From IMG/VR virus record IMGVR_UViG_3300021400_000095: DNA of 64,000 bases. One strand, 5' to 3'. Source of the DNA: a virus (Duplodnaviria; Caudoviricetes). Positions 10,052 through 20,339 of this stretch are shown here, one piece after another. The notes beneath the pieces are model-generated. The model ran no database searches. It was not told the origin of the DNA and saw only the letters and a list, made by a program, of their open reading frames with translations. Positions within the stretch are counted from its first letter, which is position 1. Every line of letters starts with the position of its first letter. A program made the translations under genes and the position numbers.

Positions 10052-12295
10052 TTAATTTACAAAAGTCATTCCTAATTCAGCAGTAATATTTACATTACCA
10101 TTTAATTCCCACCAATCACTAAGGTCAATTTCCTTACTTACTTTTGTTTGACTTCCAATATTATATCTAAGTTCAACTAGTTTACTTTCACTTGTATTTG
10201 CTTTGAAAAGTGTCATTTGTAAAATTACACTTGAACACATCCAATCAGTTTCATAAGTTCCTTCAAAATTAACACCAAAATCAATTGTTACTGTTGAAGC
10301 ATCTTTATTATATACTCTGAAGTTAAAAATGCCTTCACCTTTTGTGCCAACACTATCTTTTATGTCACCTTCAAAACCACAGGCAGCATAAATTGAACTA
10401 TCATCAGATGGTCTAAATATTAAGTCATTTGAACTAGTAGTATCAATAAGTGTTCCCTTACAACCTTCACCAACAGTGCAATCAACAAAACCACCAAAAT
10501 TTATTTCAAAATTACAAATATCATATGGTTGTGGTTGTGGTGCAGCAGTACTTCTTAAAACAATTGAACCATCATAGTATTGACTTAATTTTCTTCTTGT
10601 TTTTAAATATTCTCTTAACTCTGCATATTTCTCATCAAATGTTCCTGTTGTTGTACCTGTCCAATTAAGTGCTTCATCACCTGCATAATCTGGATTTGAA
10701 TGGAACTCAAAACATTTAAAATCACTATTAGATAATCTATTTTTAGTGAATGACCTTATATTAAGTGTTGTTAAATAAGATGGTAAACTATTGTATGTAT
10801 CCTGCTTAAGTTTTATTGCAAATGGGTCATTTTGTGTTTTGTAGATATATTGAGGATTAAAAATATTTACTTCATATGTTGTAGAATTTTGTGTAATACC
10901 TGATATTGTGAAATAGTCACCATCAGGCATCTGTTGTTTAACATCATCTTTATATATATTGATAGCAAATGCATTCAAGCCCTTTTGTGCTGCATATACA
11001 TTATAAGTAACATTATTATTAAGGTCTTTTACAACAATGTTACCATCCCTACCCATTAAAGCAGTTTCACCTGAGAAAACACCAACAGTAACATTTACTG
11101 CCTGACTTGTTGAACCTGTTGTTGGACTTACTGTTGCCCAACTTGGGCTTGATGTTATTTGCCAATTGTGGCCAATTGTATCTGTGATTTGGAATGATAG
11201 TGTTCCACCTGTGTATTCAAATGTTCTTAATTCACCAACACTGAACACACCTGCTTCTTGTGAGCATGTTATTGTTGTTGTTCTATTATTTGTCACATCC
11301 TTAACAACAAAATTACCTGACCTTGCATCTGTTGTTTGTGTTGCTGTTAATGTAACAGTTGCATTTCCTGTACCAGCAGTAACACTTGCACTAATCCAAC
11401 TTGGTAAATTTTGTATTTGCCAACTGAAGCCATTAGGATTGGTAATAGTCATAGTCTTTGAACCACCTGTATTTGAAAAACTAAATGAGGTTGGGTTAAC
11501 ACTGAAACCATAACTTGCTGCATTTTGTACAACTGATGTTGTTGCTGTAACAGTTGGATAATTAGTACAAGATGCTGTGATTACATGTGTTACAGGATTT
11601 ATGCCAGTATTAGCAGGAATTGTAAATGTTCCTGTTTTAGTTGTTTTTGTTTGGTTACCATACTTGACAGTCACAGCATCAACATTTGATGTTACTGTAT
11701 ATGACATACTTGTTGCAGTGGAAGCAACAGGGGTTGGTGCTGTAATTGAAATTGTTGGGGCTACTGCACTTTGTGTAATAGTAAATGTTTTAACAATACT
11801 ACCACAAGTAACAGTAATTGTAGCAGTTCTACTTGTTGTTCCTGTAAAGTTAGAAATTGTTATTGTTTGTGACAGGTCACCTGTACCAGCAGTTGTTGGT
11901 ACAGATACCCAATTAGCATTAGTAGTAATAGTCCAATTACTATTTGAGGTGATTGCTAAAGTACCATTTCCACCACCACTATCATATGTATCTGGTGTAA
12001 GTGTTGCTGTTAATGTTCTTTGTGCTGGTGTAACTGAACTCCAAGTAAGTGCTGTAACAGTATATAATTTATTACCAACCATGACATCTTCTGATTGGTA
12101 TGTGATTTTAGATGTATCAATTGCAGTACCAACATCAGTTTGCCATTGTGTTGATGCTGTTACATATGTGTTTTTAACATTTACTGTAACAGGATTAGCA
12201 TTGTTATATTTCAATGTAACTGGTATTGTAACATCATAATTATGTTTTAATTTTAAATCCCATTTTCCTGTTAATGTTTGTGAAGCATCTGCCAT
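10052..12295 (-). CDS. BACON-domain (Ig-like) virion adhesin
   Basis: Multiple 'SN..WT.....W.S....G.G.......N.....R...I......TV.Q' BACON-type repeats; Thr-rich. Confidence 0.8.
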   Translation of the reverse strand: MADASQTLTGKWDLKLKHNYDVTIPVTLKYNNANPVTVNVKNTYVTASTQWQTDVGTAIDTSKITYQSEDVMVGNKLYTVTALTWSSVTPAQRTLTATLTPDTYDSGGGNGTLAITSNSNWTITTNANWVSVPTTAGTGDLSQTITISNFTGTTSRTATITVTCGSIVKTFTITQSAVAPTISITAPTPVASTATSMSYTVTSNVDAVTVKYGNQTKTTKTGTFTIPANTGINPVTHVITASCTNYPTVTATTSVVQNAASYGFSVNPTSFSFSNTGGSKTMTITNPNGFSWQIQNLPSWISASVTAGTGNATVTLTATQTTDARSGNFVVKDVTNNRTTTITCSQEAGVFSVGELRTFEYTGGTLSFQITDTIGHNWQITSSPSWATVSPTTGSTSQAVNVTVGVFSGETALMGRDGNIVVKDLNNNVTYNVYAAQKGLNAFAINIYKDDVKQQMPDGDYFTISGITQNSTTYEVNIFNPQYIYKTQNDPFAIKLKQDTYNSLPSYLTTLNIRSFTKNRLSNSDFKCFEFHSNPDYAGDEALNWTGTTTGTFDEKYAELREYLKTRRKLSQYYDGSIVLRSTAAPQPQPYDICNFEINFGGFVDCTVGEGCKGTLIDTTSSNDLIFRPSDDSSIYAACGFEGDIKDSVGTKGEGIFNFRVYNKDASTVTIDFGVNFEGTYETDWMCSSVILQMTLFKANTSESKLVELRYNIGSQTKVSKEIDLSDWWELNGNVNITAELGMTFVN

Positions 12296-12308
12296 ATTAA
12301 TATAATAT

Positions 12309-13100
12309 TTAAATTTCTAATTCTTCATCATTTTTTAAATCTATATCATTAGTATTTTCTTGGTTTAATGAATTTTCTTCTAAACTATTTGAATCTGAGG
12401 TCATTGCAAACATGTTGTTTGATGGTGTAAATGTTAGTGATATTCTTAAATATTCACCACCAGGAATAAAATCTTCTTTAGAACTATATATTAATCCTGC
12501 ATATGCTTGCATATCACCACTACTATAACTACCATAGTCAACTTTCATACTAAAAAAGCCATCACCTGTTCCTGTTGATTTAGTAAGATTTGTAATAGTA
12601 ATTGTAATATCTATATCAGTTGTTGTTTGTGATGGATTTAAAACAACATCCATATCATAATAATCTTCTCTAATAGAATCTTCAAGATGTGCAGGATGAG
12701 TATCACCCATGCCATTATAACTCTCTATTGTTATCATAAGGTCAGCAGTACAATTATCAAAATTATAACCCCTAACATCACATGGAACTATGCCTGTTAT
12801 TCCAGGTTGTACATTTGCACCTTGTGTTACTGTCCAAGCACAAGTAATTGTTGCTGTACCATCATATCCAGCAGTTGCATTTGTTGTTCCTGTAAGTGAA
12901 AGTGTTCCTGTTCTGCTTGTGTAACTACCATTTTCTTTAACACCAAGTATAAATTGTGCAGCCTGTCCTGAATAATTTTGTGTTCCACCTGTGACTTCAA
13001 AAAAATCAGGACAAGTATAATCTATTTTACCATTTTGTGGTAATGAATTTATACTAAGTAAAAAGGTTGTTTTATTTTTTGGTATATTAATTGTATCCAT
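12309..13100 (-). CDS. BACON-like domain protein
   Basis: ENGSYTSRTGTLSL...WTVTQGA pattern. Confidence 0.6.
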   Translation of the reverse strand: MDTINIPKNKTTFLLSINSLPQNGKIDYTCPDFFEVTGGTQNYSGQAAQFILGVKENGSYTSRTGTLSLTGTTNATAGYDGTATITCAWTVTQGANVQPGITGIVPCDVRGYNFDNCTADLMITIESYNGMGDTHPAHLEDSIREDYYDMDVVLNPSQTTTDIDITITITNLTKSTGTGDGFFSMKVDYGSYSSGDMQAYAGLIYSSKEDFIPGGEYLRISLTFTPSNNMFAMTSDSNSLEENSLNQENTNDIDLKNDEELEI

Positions 13101-13117
13101 TTAAAAATAAAAATTTA

Positions 13118-14920
13118 TTATGTTATTTTTATTTGAACTGAAGAATTATCAGCACTATAGTTGTAATCATGGTCAATTTCATGATAATTATCACTTGCAT
13201 TATATTTTGCTGTAAATGTAACTTTCTGTCCAAGTCTTAGAGGCATTTCAGATGATGAACTACTTCCATATGATATTTTACATGTCAAGTTACTTGGCAT
13301 TGTTGTAGCACTTACTAGTTCAAATTCATATGTAACCTGTGTTTGGCCACTGTTGGCTTCATTAAGAAGTGCCAAAACTCTTGTACCCAAACTTGAATTT
13401 GTCATAGCACTTGTAACAATATCCAAATAATGGGTTTCACCTAATGCTGATATAGTTCTAAATTTAAATAAAAATCCATATCTTGCAGGTACAACATTGA
13501 AAACAATGTTACCATCAATAATTCCATGATTACCTGTTTTTGTGTTTTGATATACTGTTATTGCACTCTCTGTATAAGTAAAATCATCACCATTTTTCTT
13601 TACAATATTAAATGCACCTTCTCTTGTATCATAACCATCACTAAGTGTATATGCACTCATAACAACAACTGTATCACCTACACCTGATGTTGGTTTTGCA
13701 TATAACCATGCTGGTTTATTCTTTATGCTCCATTGATAATCACCTGCATAAATATTAAAGTTAACTGGACTACCATTAAAGTTTAAAATTACCTCTTCAG
13801 GGTCATGTGCAATATATGTAATATATGTTGAAGTAAATCTTGGTGTTTGAAGTGCCTCTCTTGCTGCTTGTGATACATTTATTGTCTGATGAGTATTACC
13901 ATGTGTTGTCTCATTTACAACAAAACTACCTGTTCTAATACTGCTGTTAGGATTTTGGCCAGCTGTTAATGTAACTGTTGCATTTCCAGTACCAGCAGTT
14001 GTACTTGCACTAATCCAACTTGGTAAGCCTGTAATGTTCCAACTGAGGCCATTAGGATTATTAATGGTTATTGTACTTTGACTACCACCTGAAGCAAAAT
14101 TAAGACTTGTTGGACTAACACTGAATACATATCCAGCAGCATTTTGTACAACTGATGTTGTTGCTGTAACTGTTGGATAATCAGTACAAGATGCTGTGAT
14201 TACATGTGTTACAGGTGTTAAACCTGTATTTGCAGGAATAGTAAAACTACCTGTTTTAGTTGTTTTTGTTTGATTACCATATTTAACAGTCACAGCAGTC
14301 ATGTTTGATGTAACTGTATATGATATACTTGTTGCTGTTGCTTCAATAGGTGTTGTGGATGATATTGAAATTGTTGGGACAAGTGCATTTTGTGTAACAG
14401 TAAATGTTTTAACAATTTCACCACAGGTAATTGTAATTATACCTGTTCTATTAGTTGTACCTGTATAATTTGCAATTGTTATTGTTTGTGATAAACTACC
14501 ATCACCAGACATTGTTGGTACAGATATCCAATTAACATTAGTAGTAATAGTCCAATTACTATTTGAGTTAATTGCCAAAGTTGCTGTTCCACCTGTATTA
14601 TTAAATGTGGTTTGTGAAAGTGTTGCAGTTAATGTTCTTTGTACAGGAATAACTTCAAGCCAATTGATTTTATTTACTATATATGTTTTTGTTTCATCAG
14701 AAACTTCCTCTGTTTGTTCAAATGTAATTCTATTTGTATCAATTGCAGTACCAACTTCAGTTCTCCACTCAGTTGATGCTGATACATATGTATTACCAAC
14801 TTCCAATGAAACAGGATTAGCATCATCATATTTCAGTACAACAGGTATTGTTATACCATCATAGATGTGCTTTAATTTCACATTCCATTTTCCATTTAAT
14901 GTTTGTTCTGTACTAGCCAT
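13118..14920 (-). CDS. BACON-domain virion adhesin, paralog of 10052..12295
   Basis: N-terminal ~350 aa closely similar to the paralog; different C-terminus. Confidence 0.8.
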   Translation of the reverse strand: MASTEQTLNGKWNVKLKHIYDGITIPVVLKYDDANPVSLEVGNTYVSASTEWRTEVGTAIDTNRITFEQTEEVSDETKTYIVNKINWLEVIPVQRTLTATLSQTTFNNTGGTATLAINSNSNWTITTNVNWISVPTMSGDGSLSQTITIANYTGTTNRTGIITITCGEIVKTFTVTQNALVPTISISSTTPIEATATSISYTVTSNMTAVTVKYGNQTKTTKTGSFTIPANTGLTPVTHVITASCTDYPTVTATTSVVQNAAGYVFSVSPTSLNFASGGSQSTITINNPNGLSWNITGLPSWISASTTAGTGNATVTLTAGQNPNSSIRTGSFVVNETTHGNTHQTINVSQAAREALQTPRFTSTYITYIAHDPEEVILNFNGSPVNFNIYAGDYQWSIKNKPAWLYAKPTSGVGDTVVVMSAYTLSDGYDTREGAFNIVKKNGDDFTYTESAITVYQNTKTGNHGIIDGNIVFNVVPARYGFLFKFRTISALGETHYLDIVTSAMTNSSLGTRVLALLNEANSGQTQVTYEFELVSATTMPSNLTCKISYGSSSSSEMPLRLGQKVTFTAKYNASDNYHEIDHDYNYSADNSSVQIKIT

Positions 14921-14943
14921 TTTATATTGTATATTCCTATATT

Positions 14944-17754
14944 TTATTTTTGTGTCAATGTACCTGCAACACTTACAGGCACTCTTTGTATGTCTTCATA
15001 TTGTTCCAAAATACCATCCAAATCAACCAACACTTCATCCTTAAGTGAATTGACAAATCTCCAAGTAAATATTGATGTTGATGGTAAAACTTGTTTAACA
15101 TATTCAATAACAACATTATTTACATAATCTTTCCACTTTTCAAGATTTTCTGTGTTGTCAAACAACCCTTCTGGTTTCTTCAATATTCTTATTACCATAT
15201 TTTTCAAATTAACAACAGAATATGATGCAGGTACTTCATATTCACTACCATTTTCAGGGTTATTCAATCCTTCTGTATGCTCTGAAACATCAGGTAATGT
15301 TGTACTGTTACCAACTTCACATAAATCTGATAAAGATGTAGGTTTAAAATAATCTGCTTTTCTGTTGTTTCTTATTTTGTCACCAATTCCAAATGAAAAG
15401 AAATCACTTCCTTGTCCATCTTCACCAACAATTTTGATAATATCATTATCTGAGAAACTTGTAAAATTGTCTTTATTAACAAATATTTTATCAAATTTCT
15501 TTATATATGATTCACCATTATCATAATCTACATTTTTTGCAACATGTGGATTATTTGCAATTGTTGATTCCTTTATTGTTTCAAAATAAAGAACTCTAAT
15601 TCCATTGTCTGAACTTGCTTCAACAATTTCTTGTAATGGAATATTAACCCAACCTTTCTTATCCTGGTTTAATTCACCAATTATTGTTATATTATTAATG
15701 TCTTCAAGTATAAAATAATGTGAATATTGACCCTGGTATTTTGCAAGAGGTGTTCCACCACTCATATAAGTATCAAGTATTGAATCTATGTTCTCAACAT
15801 AGCATATATCTTTTTCTTTAACTGAATTTGGTAAAAAACTTGCCAAATCAATTAAATTTGTTACAAATTTCATTCTGGTTTCTGTTTCTGAAAATCCTGA
15901 AAATGATGCTGATATTTTAATACCTTGTATATTAAGGTCTTTTACATCAATGTGATGATAACCCCACCCACCATTTTCTTGGAAATATAAATTGTTATCA
16001 TATTGTTTTCCATTTTCATACCAAGGGATTACATATCTATATTTTATATTTCCATTTGTATCATAAACTGAAATAGGTTTACAAGCAATGCCTTCATATC
16101 TAACATCATCAAATGTATTTATTGGAATGCTATCTTTACTTGTATTTATGAATTCAACATCTTCTGCTGATGGATAACAACCAGTATATGCACTATCAAT
16201 AAAGACACATCTATCACTACCTTTTGCAACTGCAATATATTCATCAATAGCATAATCTTTACCATACACTAAACCAAGTAATCCCATAATACTTTGAATA
16301 CTATGTCTTGTTCCCTTTGATGATAATATATATGGTGCATTAATTTTAAGATTTCTCATAAAATTAACATTAGCATCAACTTCACTATACCCATACATTT
16401 TACTTGGATATAATGATTCTGTTACAACACTTGTTTTTCCTGTTGGAATTGGTAAGTATGGTTCAAAACCAGCAAGGCCAACAACATCTTTCAAACCATA
16501 ATCAGGTAAATTGTTCTTCTGATTATATGTTATGTTGTTTGTATATTTAATTGTATCAATATATCTTTTAAGACCATCAAATTGCCTACTATAAATTTGA
16601 ATGATTGGTTCAATTCTACTTGTATCAATTTTTGACATGTCTTCCATATCATCTTCATTTTGTCTGAAGAAAGTCCAATCAAGATTCTTTATTGATTCAT
16701 GGGTCATCATTCTCCACAAATTATTTGAATCATATTGGTCATGATATTCTGCCAATTTAATTAAACCAAGAAGATATGTTGAATATGCACCACTGTGTAC
16801 ATCTGGATTCCAATTATTAACTGATGGCCATATATAAGGCTCCATTGTATATTCAACACCTGTTTCAGTATCATAAGGTGTTTCAAATACAGCAACATAT
16901 AATGGTTTTGATTCTCTATTTAATAAAACACTTTCAAATTCATCAATGGTTTCAAAATACTCAGTAATAATATCATTGTTTGGTCTGTAACTTAAGCCAA
17001 AATTACTACTCCCATTATGAAGATATAATTTAATGTCACCATACTTATAAATTATAACTTCATGATTATTCAACTTTGCAGTACCAATAATACCATCACC
17101 ACATGTATATGCTGTATTTGCACTAAAGCCCCAATTACAACCATTACTTACAAAATTACCATTTCTGTACTCATCATAGTTGCCAGCATTTAAACACATA
17201 TATCTATATGGATTATCTACCTGTTCATTTGTAATATATTTTGTTTCAAGATTAATATTGAAATCATTGTAAACATAATACTTATTTTGTAATTCAGGTA
17301 TTGGGTTTCCATGGTCATCTGTTAAAGTAACCTGTTCATCACTAAAATATATTTCAGCAGGGAAATACATAAGTACATGATTGACAGTACCATGTACCAT
17401 TTCAACAGCAGAACCATAATAAGCAAAATCTTTGATTGATGTATAATCAGGCTTTATTCTGATTTTTGTTTCATCAGATATTGGAGATTCTATTAAATCT
17501 GATAATGTCCATTCTTCATTATCATCATGTTTTAACCAATCATTTTTTACATGTTTCTTTCTTAAATCAGCATCAGTTCTTACACTAAATTTAAAATTTG
17601 AATCAGAGTAAACAACTTCTTGACCATCTGTAAATAAACTATCTAATGGGGTGATGGTCATGATGTCATTTTCATATATATCACCCTTTTCAGTAACCTG
17701 TGACTTCTTTCTTAAATTTGTATAGTCAGCCTTTACTTTATAATTTTCTGCCAT
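14944..17754 (-). CDS. large structural (baseplate/tail) protein
   Basis: 936 aa; 'YILSSKGTRHSIQSIMGLLG' resembles the tail/baseplate-wedge KGT motif; lies in the structural operon. Confidence 0.65.
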   Translation of the reverse strand: MAENYKVKADYTNLRKKSQVTEKGDIYENDIMTITPLDSLFTDGQEVVYSDSNFKFSVRTDADLRKKHVKNDWLKHDDNEEWTLSDLIESPISDETKIRIKPDYTSIKDFAYYGSAVEMVHGTVNHVLMYFPAEIYFSDEQVTLTDDHGNPIPELQNKYYVYNDFNINLETKYITNEQVDNPYRYMCLNAGNYDEYRNGNFVSNGCNWGFSANTAYTCGDGIIGTAKLNNHEVIIYKYGDIKLYLHNGSSNFGLSYRPNNDIITEYFETIDEFESVLLNRESKPLYVAVFETPYDTETGVEYTMEPYIWPSVNNWNPDVHSGAYSTYLLGLIKLAEYHDQYDSNNLWRMMTHESIKNLDWTFFRQNEDDMEDMSKIDTSRIEPIIQIYSRQFDGLKRYIDTIKYTNNITYNQKNNLPDYGLKDVVGLAGFEPYLPIPTGKTSVVTESLYPSKMYGYSEVDANVNFMRNLKINAPYILSSKGTRHSIQSIMGLLGLVYGKDYAIDEYIAVAKGSDRCVFIDSAYTGCYPSAEDVEFINTSKDSIPINTFDDVRYEGIACKPISVYDTNGNIKYRYVIPWYENGKQYDNNLYFQENGGWGYHHIDVKDLNIQGIKISASFSGFSETETRMKFVTNLIDLASFLPNSVKEKDICYVENIDSILDTYMSGGTPLAKYQGQYSHYFILEDINNITIIGELNQDKKGWVNIPLQEIVEASSDNGIRVLYFETIKESTIANNPHVAKNVDYDNGESYIKKFDKIFVNKDNFTSFSDNDIIKIVGEDGQGSDFFSFGIGDKIRNNRKADYFKPTSLSDLCEVGNSTTLPDVSEHTEGLNNPENGSEYEVPASYSVVNLKNMVIRILKKPEGLFDNTENLEKWKDYVNNVVIEYVKQVLPSTSIFTWRFVNSLKDEVLVDLDGILEQYEDIQRVPVSVAGTLTQK

Positions 17755-17756
17755 AA

Positions 17757-18644
17757 TTAGATGTTATTTATTTTTTCATCATATGATTCTTCACTGTCAA
17801 TAAATTCTCTCTTCCTCTTAACATCATATAATGGATTACCCAAACTATCCTTAACAGTATAGTAATCTTGCTGTAAGTAAATTTCATGGTCATCATTATA
17901 TGTTGTAATAATTGCTTTATCTCTATTTCTGATTTGGTCACCTTCAAGCATATATGTTATTGTATCAGCATCATGGTCAACCATTTCAATTTCAATTAAT
18001 TTTGGGTCAAATTTTGTATTTGTTACAGTAACTTTACCACCAGGAATACCAATATATGGTGTTACATTTGGTTTAAAACTACTTGCTGAGGATGGTGTAA
18101 CTGTACAAAATACAAGATTATTTGAACTTGAATCAGTCAATCTGTATCTTGTTGCTTTTGGATATGCATCACCAACAGTTACAAGAATTGGTTCACATCT
18201 ATTACATGATGTAATTAATCTACTGATGTCATTTCTAACACCATCTTCATTAAAATAATCAATCCTATATCCTGTTAAATCAGTAATACTTGTTCCTGAA
18301 AATTGTGCCAAATTAAAAACAACACCCTTAATATCAGGATATGCAGCAAGAACACTAACATCAGTCAATGTTGTTTCAATCTCTTTTGGCCTAATATATA
18401 TTGTATAAAATCCCTTCTTGTTAAAAATATTAACAGGTAATCTTAATTCATATAACCCTAATATATCATTAGGATTCTTATTTAAACTACTATCATATTC
18501 AGCCTTGACCAAACACTCTGAACCAAGTGGTAAAAAACCATCCATAGTATCAGGGTCTGTTGACCTTGATGGCCTATAATAGTAGAACATTTCAACATCA
18601 CTAATATCAATGTTTGCACTTCTTACTGTTCCATATAAATCCAT
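17757..18644 (-). CDS. structural protein, hypothetical
   Basis: ORF 17757..18650; ATG at 18644 (MDLYGTVRSANI) preferred over TTG. Confidence 0.7.
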   Translation of the reverse strand: MDLYGTVRSANIDISDVEMFYYYRPSRSTDPDTMDGFLPLGSECLVKAEYDSSLNKNPNDILGLYELRLPVNIFNKKGFYTIYIRPKEIETTLTDVSVLAAYPDIKGVVFNLAQFSGTSITDLTGYRIDYFNEDGVRNDISRLITSCNRCEPILVTVGDAYPKATRYRLTDSSSNNLVFCTVTPSSASSFKPNVTPYIGIPGGKVTVTNTKFDPKLIEIEMVDHDADTITYMLEGDQIRNRDKAIITTYNDDHEIYLQQDYYTVKDSLGNPLYDVKRKREFIDSEESYDEKINNI

Positions 18645-18659
18645 ATCCAAAATATATTT

Positions 18660-20339
18660 TTATAAATCATACATGTTATTACCAATTTCTTCCAAATCCT
18701 GCATTGAATTACATTCTGATAATCTTAAATGCCTTTCAAATGCTGCTGCATTCCCTCTGTTAATCTCAACATCTAATTCTACTTTTGAATCAAATGCTAC
18801 ACCCATTAAATAATCTTGTTTGATTACTGGTGTATTTTCAACACTACCATCCATTCTCCAAACATCACCACCTATTATTTTTTGTATGTTTGTGATGTTG
18901 TCCTCTGTTGTCATGTTGAACTCACTGTTATAAATTTGTGTTTTTACATCATCAAAATCAATCTTGTTATACCAATAATCTACATTTTCAAATCCATCAA
19001 CATTAAATGTATCTTTAACAGCCTCTTCATATCCATAACTCTCTTTATATTCAATACCTTCTGTTGCTGTTGAAATATTATATGTATTATTAGTAAACTT
19101 TGCTCCAATTATATAATCAAAACTAATTATATTGTCACTAATTGTAATTTCTTTAATAAAATCACCTCTGAATTCACCATTTGCTTCCTCCTTGTTTAAA
19201 ACAAGTTCTGTCTTATATGGTATTTCCATTGGGTAATCTGATGAATTATTGTATTTTACTAAAAAGTAGTATGTTCCTGACAAATTATATTTATCAATTT
19301 CAGATAAAACACTGATTGTTCTATATTTCTTTTGTCCTGAACTAATTAATTCATCATCACCACAAACAAGGTCATTTCCTGTATATTCTTGCTTATTATT
19401 TGTAAAATATTTACCAACATTATTGTTAGTACCATATTTTTTAAAAATACCAGGTAATATTTTTCCTTCATCATCAGAGTAATATTCAGGTATCCTTAAT
19501 GTACTTAATTTTGATGTTGCTGTTACATTATGCCCACTTAGAATAACAGTACCTTTTGTTAAACCTGAACACTCAATATATCTTTCTATAGTATATTCAT
19601 TATTAATTGTTAATCCACTTGTTTTTTCATACCAATCCTTTGTATTTCCATTTTGAAAAATCCTAATATTATCACCAAATGTATCATAGTAATTTGTCAA
19701 TATTCCTGTATCAGCATAATTACAAGTCAATAATAATGGAATTGGAATATATGGTATTTCAGGTGTTTTATCAAAATTATCAAAAATAAGTGTTTTGGCT
19801 TCACAATAGAAACTAATACCAGAATTAATGACCTCAGTATCTGAATATTCTTCAGGTATTTTTAACAAATTTCTAAATCTTTCAATATCATCTTCTGAAA
19901 TTAATATAACACAATTACCATGAACACTTTGTTCTGTTGTATATCTTCTACCATCTATTGTGGAAAATAAATTTTCATTATAGACATCATGATTTTCACA
20001 AGTGGCTTCATTTATAAAATCTTCTGTTGTTCCTGTATAATCAAAATTAGTAACAAAATTGTTACTCATATCAATATTTCCACAATTAATATTTTGCAAT
20101 CTATATAAATGAATTGAGTTTCTGAATGTATTAAGAATTTCAGAATATTTTTTTATATAATCAACACCTTTTGTTATTTCATCATCACTTTTGTTCCAGT
20201 TACAGATAAATGTTCCATAATCATTGTTTGTGTCTGTTCCATCATAATATACATAGTCAGTACCACTCACTGATGGAATGATACCATTTACATGTGACTT
20301 AAAGTCATCAAGATTAATTTGTTTGTATATTGTTTCCAT
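18660..20339 (-). CDS. structural protein, hypothetical
   Basis: 559 aa ORF in a tightly packed operon. Confidence 0.75.
   Translation of the reverse strand: METIYKQINLDDFKSHVNGIIPSVSGTDYVYYDGTDTNNDYGTFICNWNKSDDEITKGVDYIKKYSEILNTFRNSIHLYRLQNINCGNIDMSNNFVTNFDYTGTTEDFINEATCENHDVYNENLFSTIDGRRYTTEQSVHGNCVILISEDDIERFRNLLKIPEEYSDTEVINSGISFYCEAKTLIFDNFDKTPEIPYIPIPLLLTCNYADTGILTNYYDTFGDNIRIFQNGNTKDWYEKTSGLTINNEYTIERYIECSGLTKGTVILSGHNVTATSKLSTLRIPEYYSDDEGKILPGIFKKYGTNNNVGKYFTNNKQEYTGNDLVCGDDELISSGQKKYRTISVLSEIDKYNLSGTYYFLVKYNNSSDYPMEIPYKTELVLNKEEANGEFRGDFIKEITISDNIISFDYIIGAKFTNNTYNISTATEGIEYKESYGYEEAVKDTFNVDGFENVDYWYNKIDFDDVKTQIYNSEFNMTTEDNITNIQKIIGGDVWRMDGSVENTPVIKQDYLMGVAFDSKVELDVEINRGNAAAFERHLRLSECNSMQDLEEIGNNMYDL

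Noticed and set aside
10052-14920. Diversity-generating retroelement or invertible shufflon
   Set aside because: No reverse transcriptase or recombinase in the window; the repeats are direct, both coding, and their differences are not adenine-specific.
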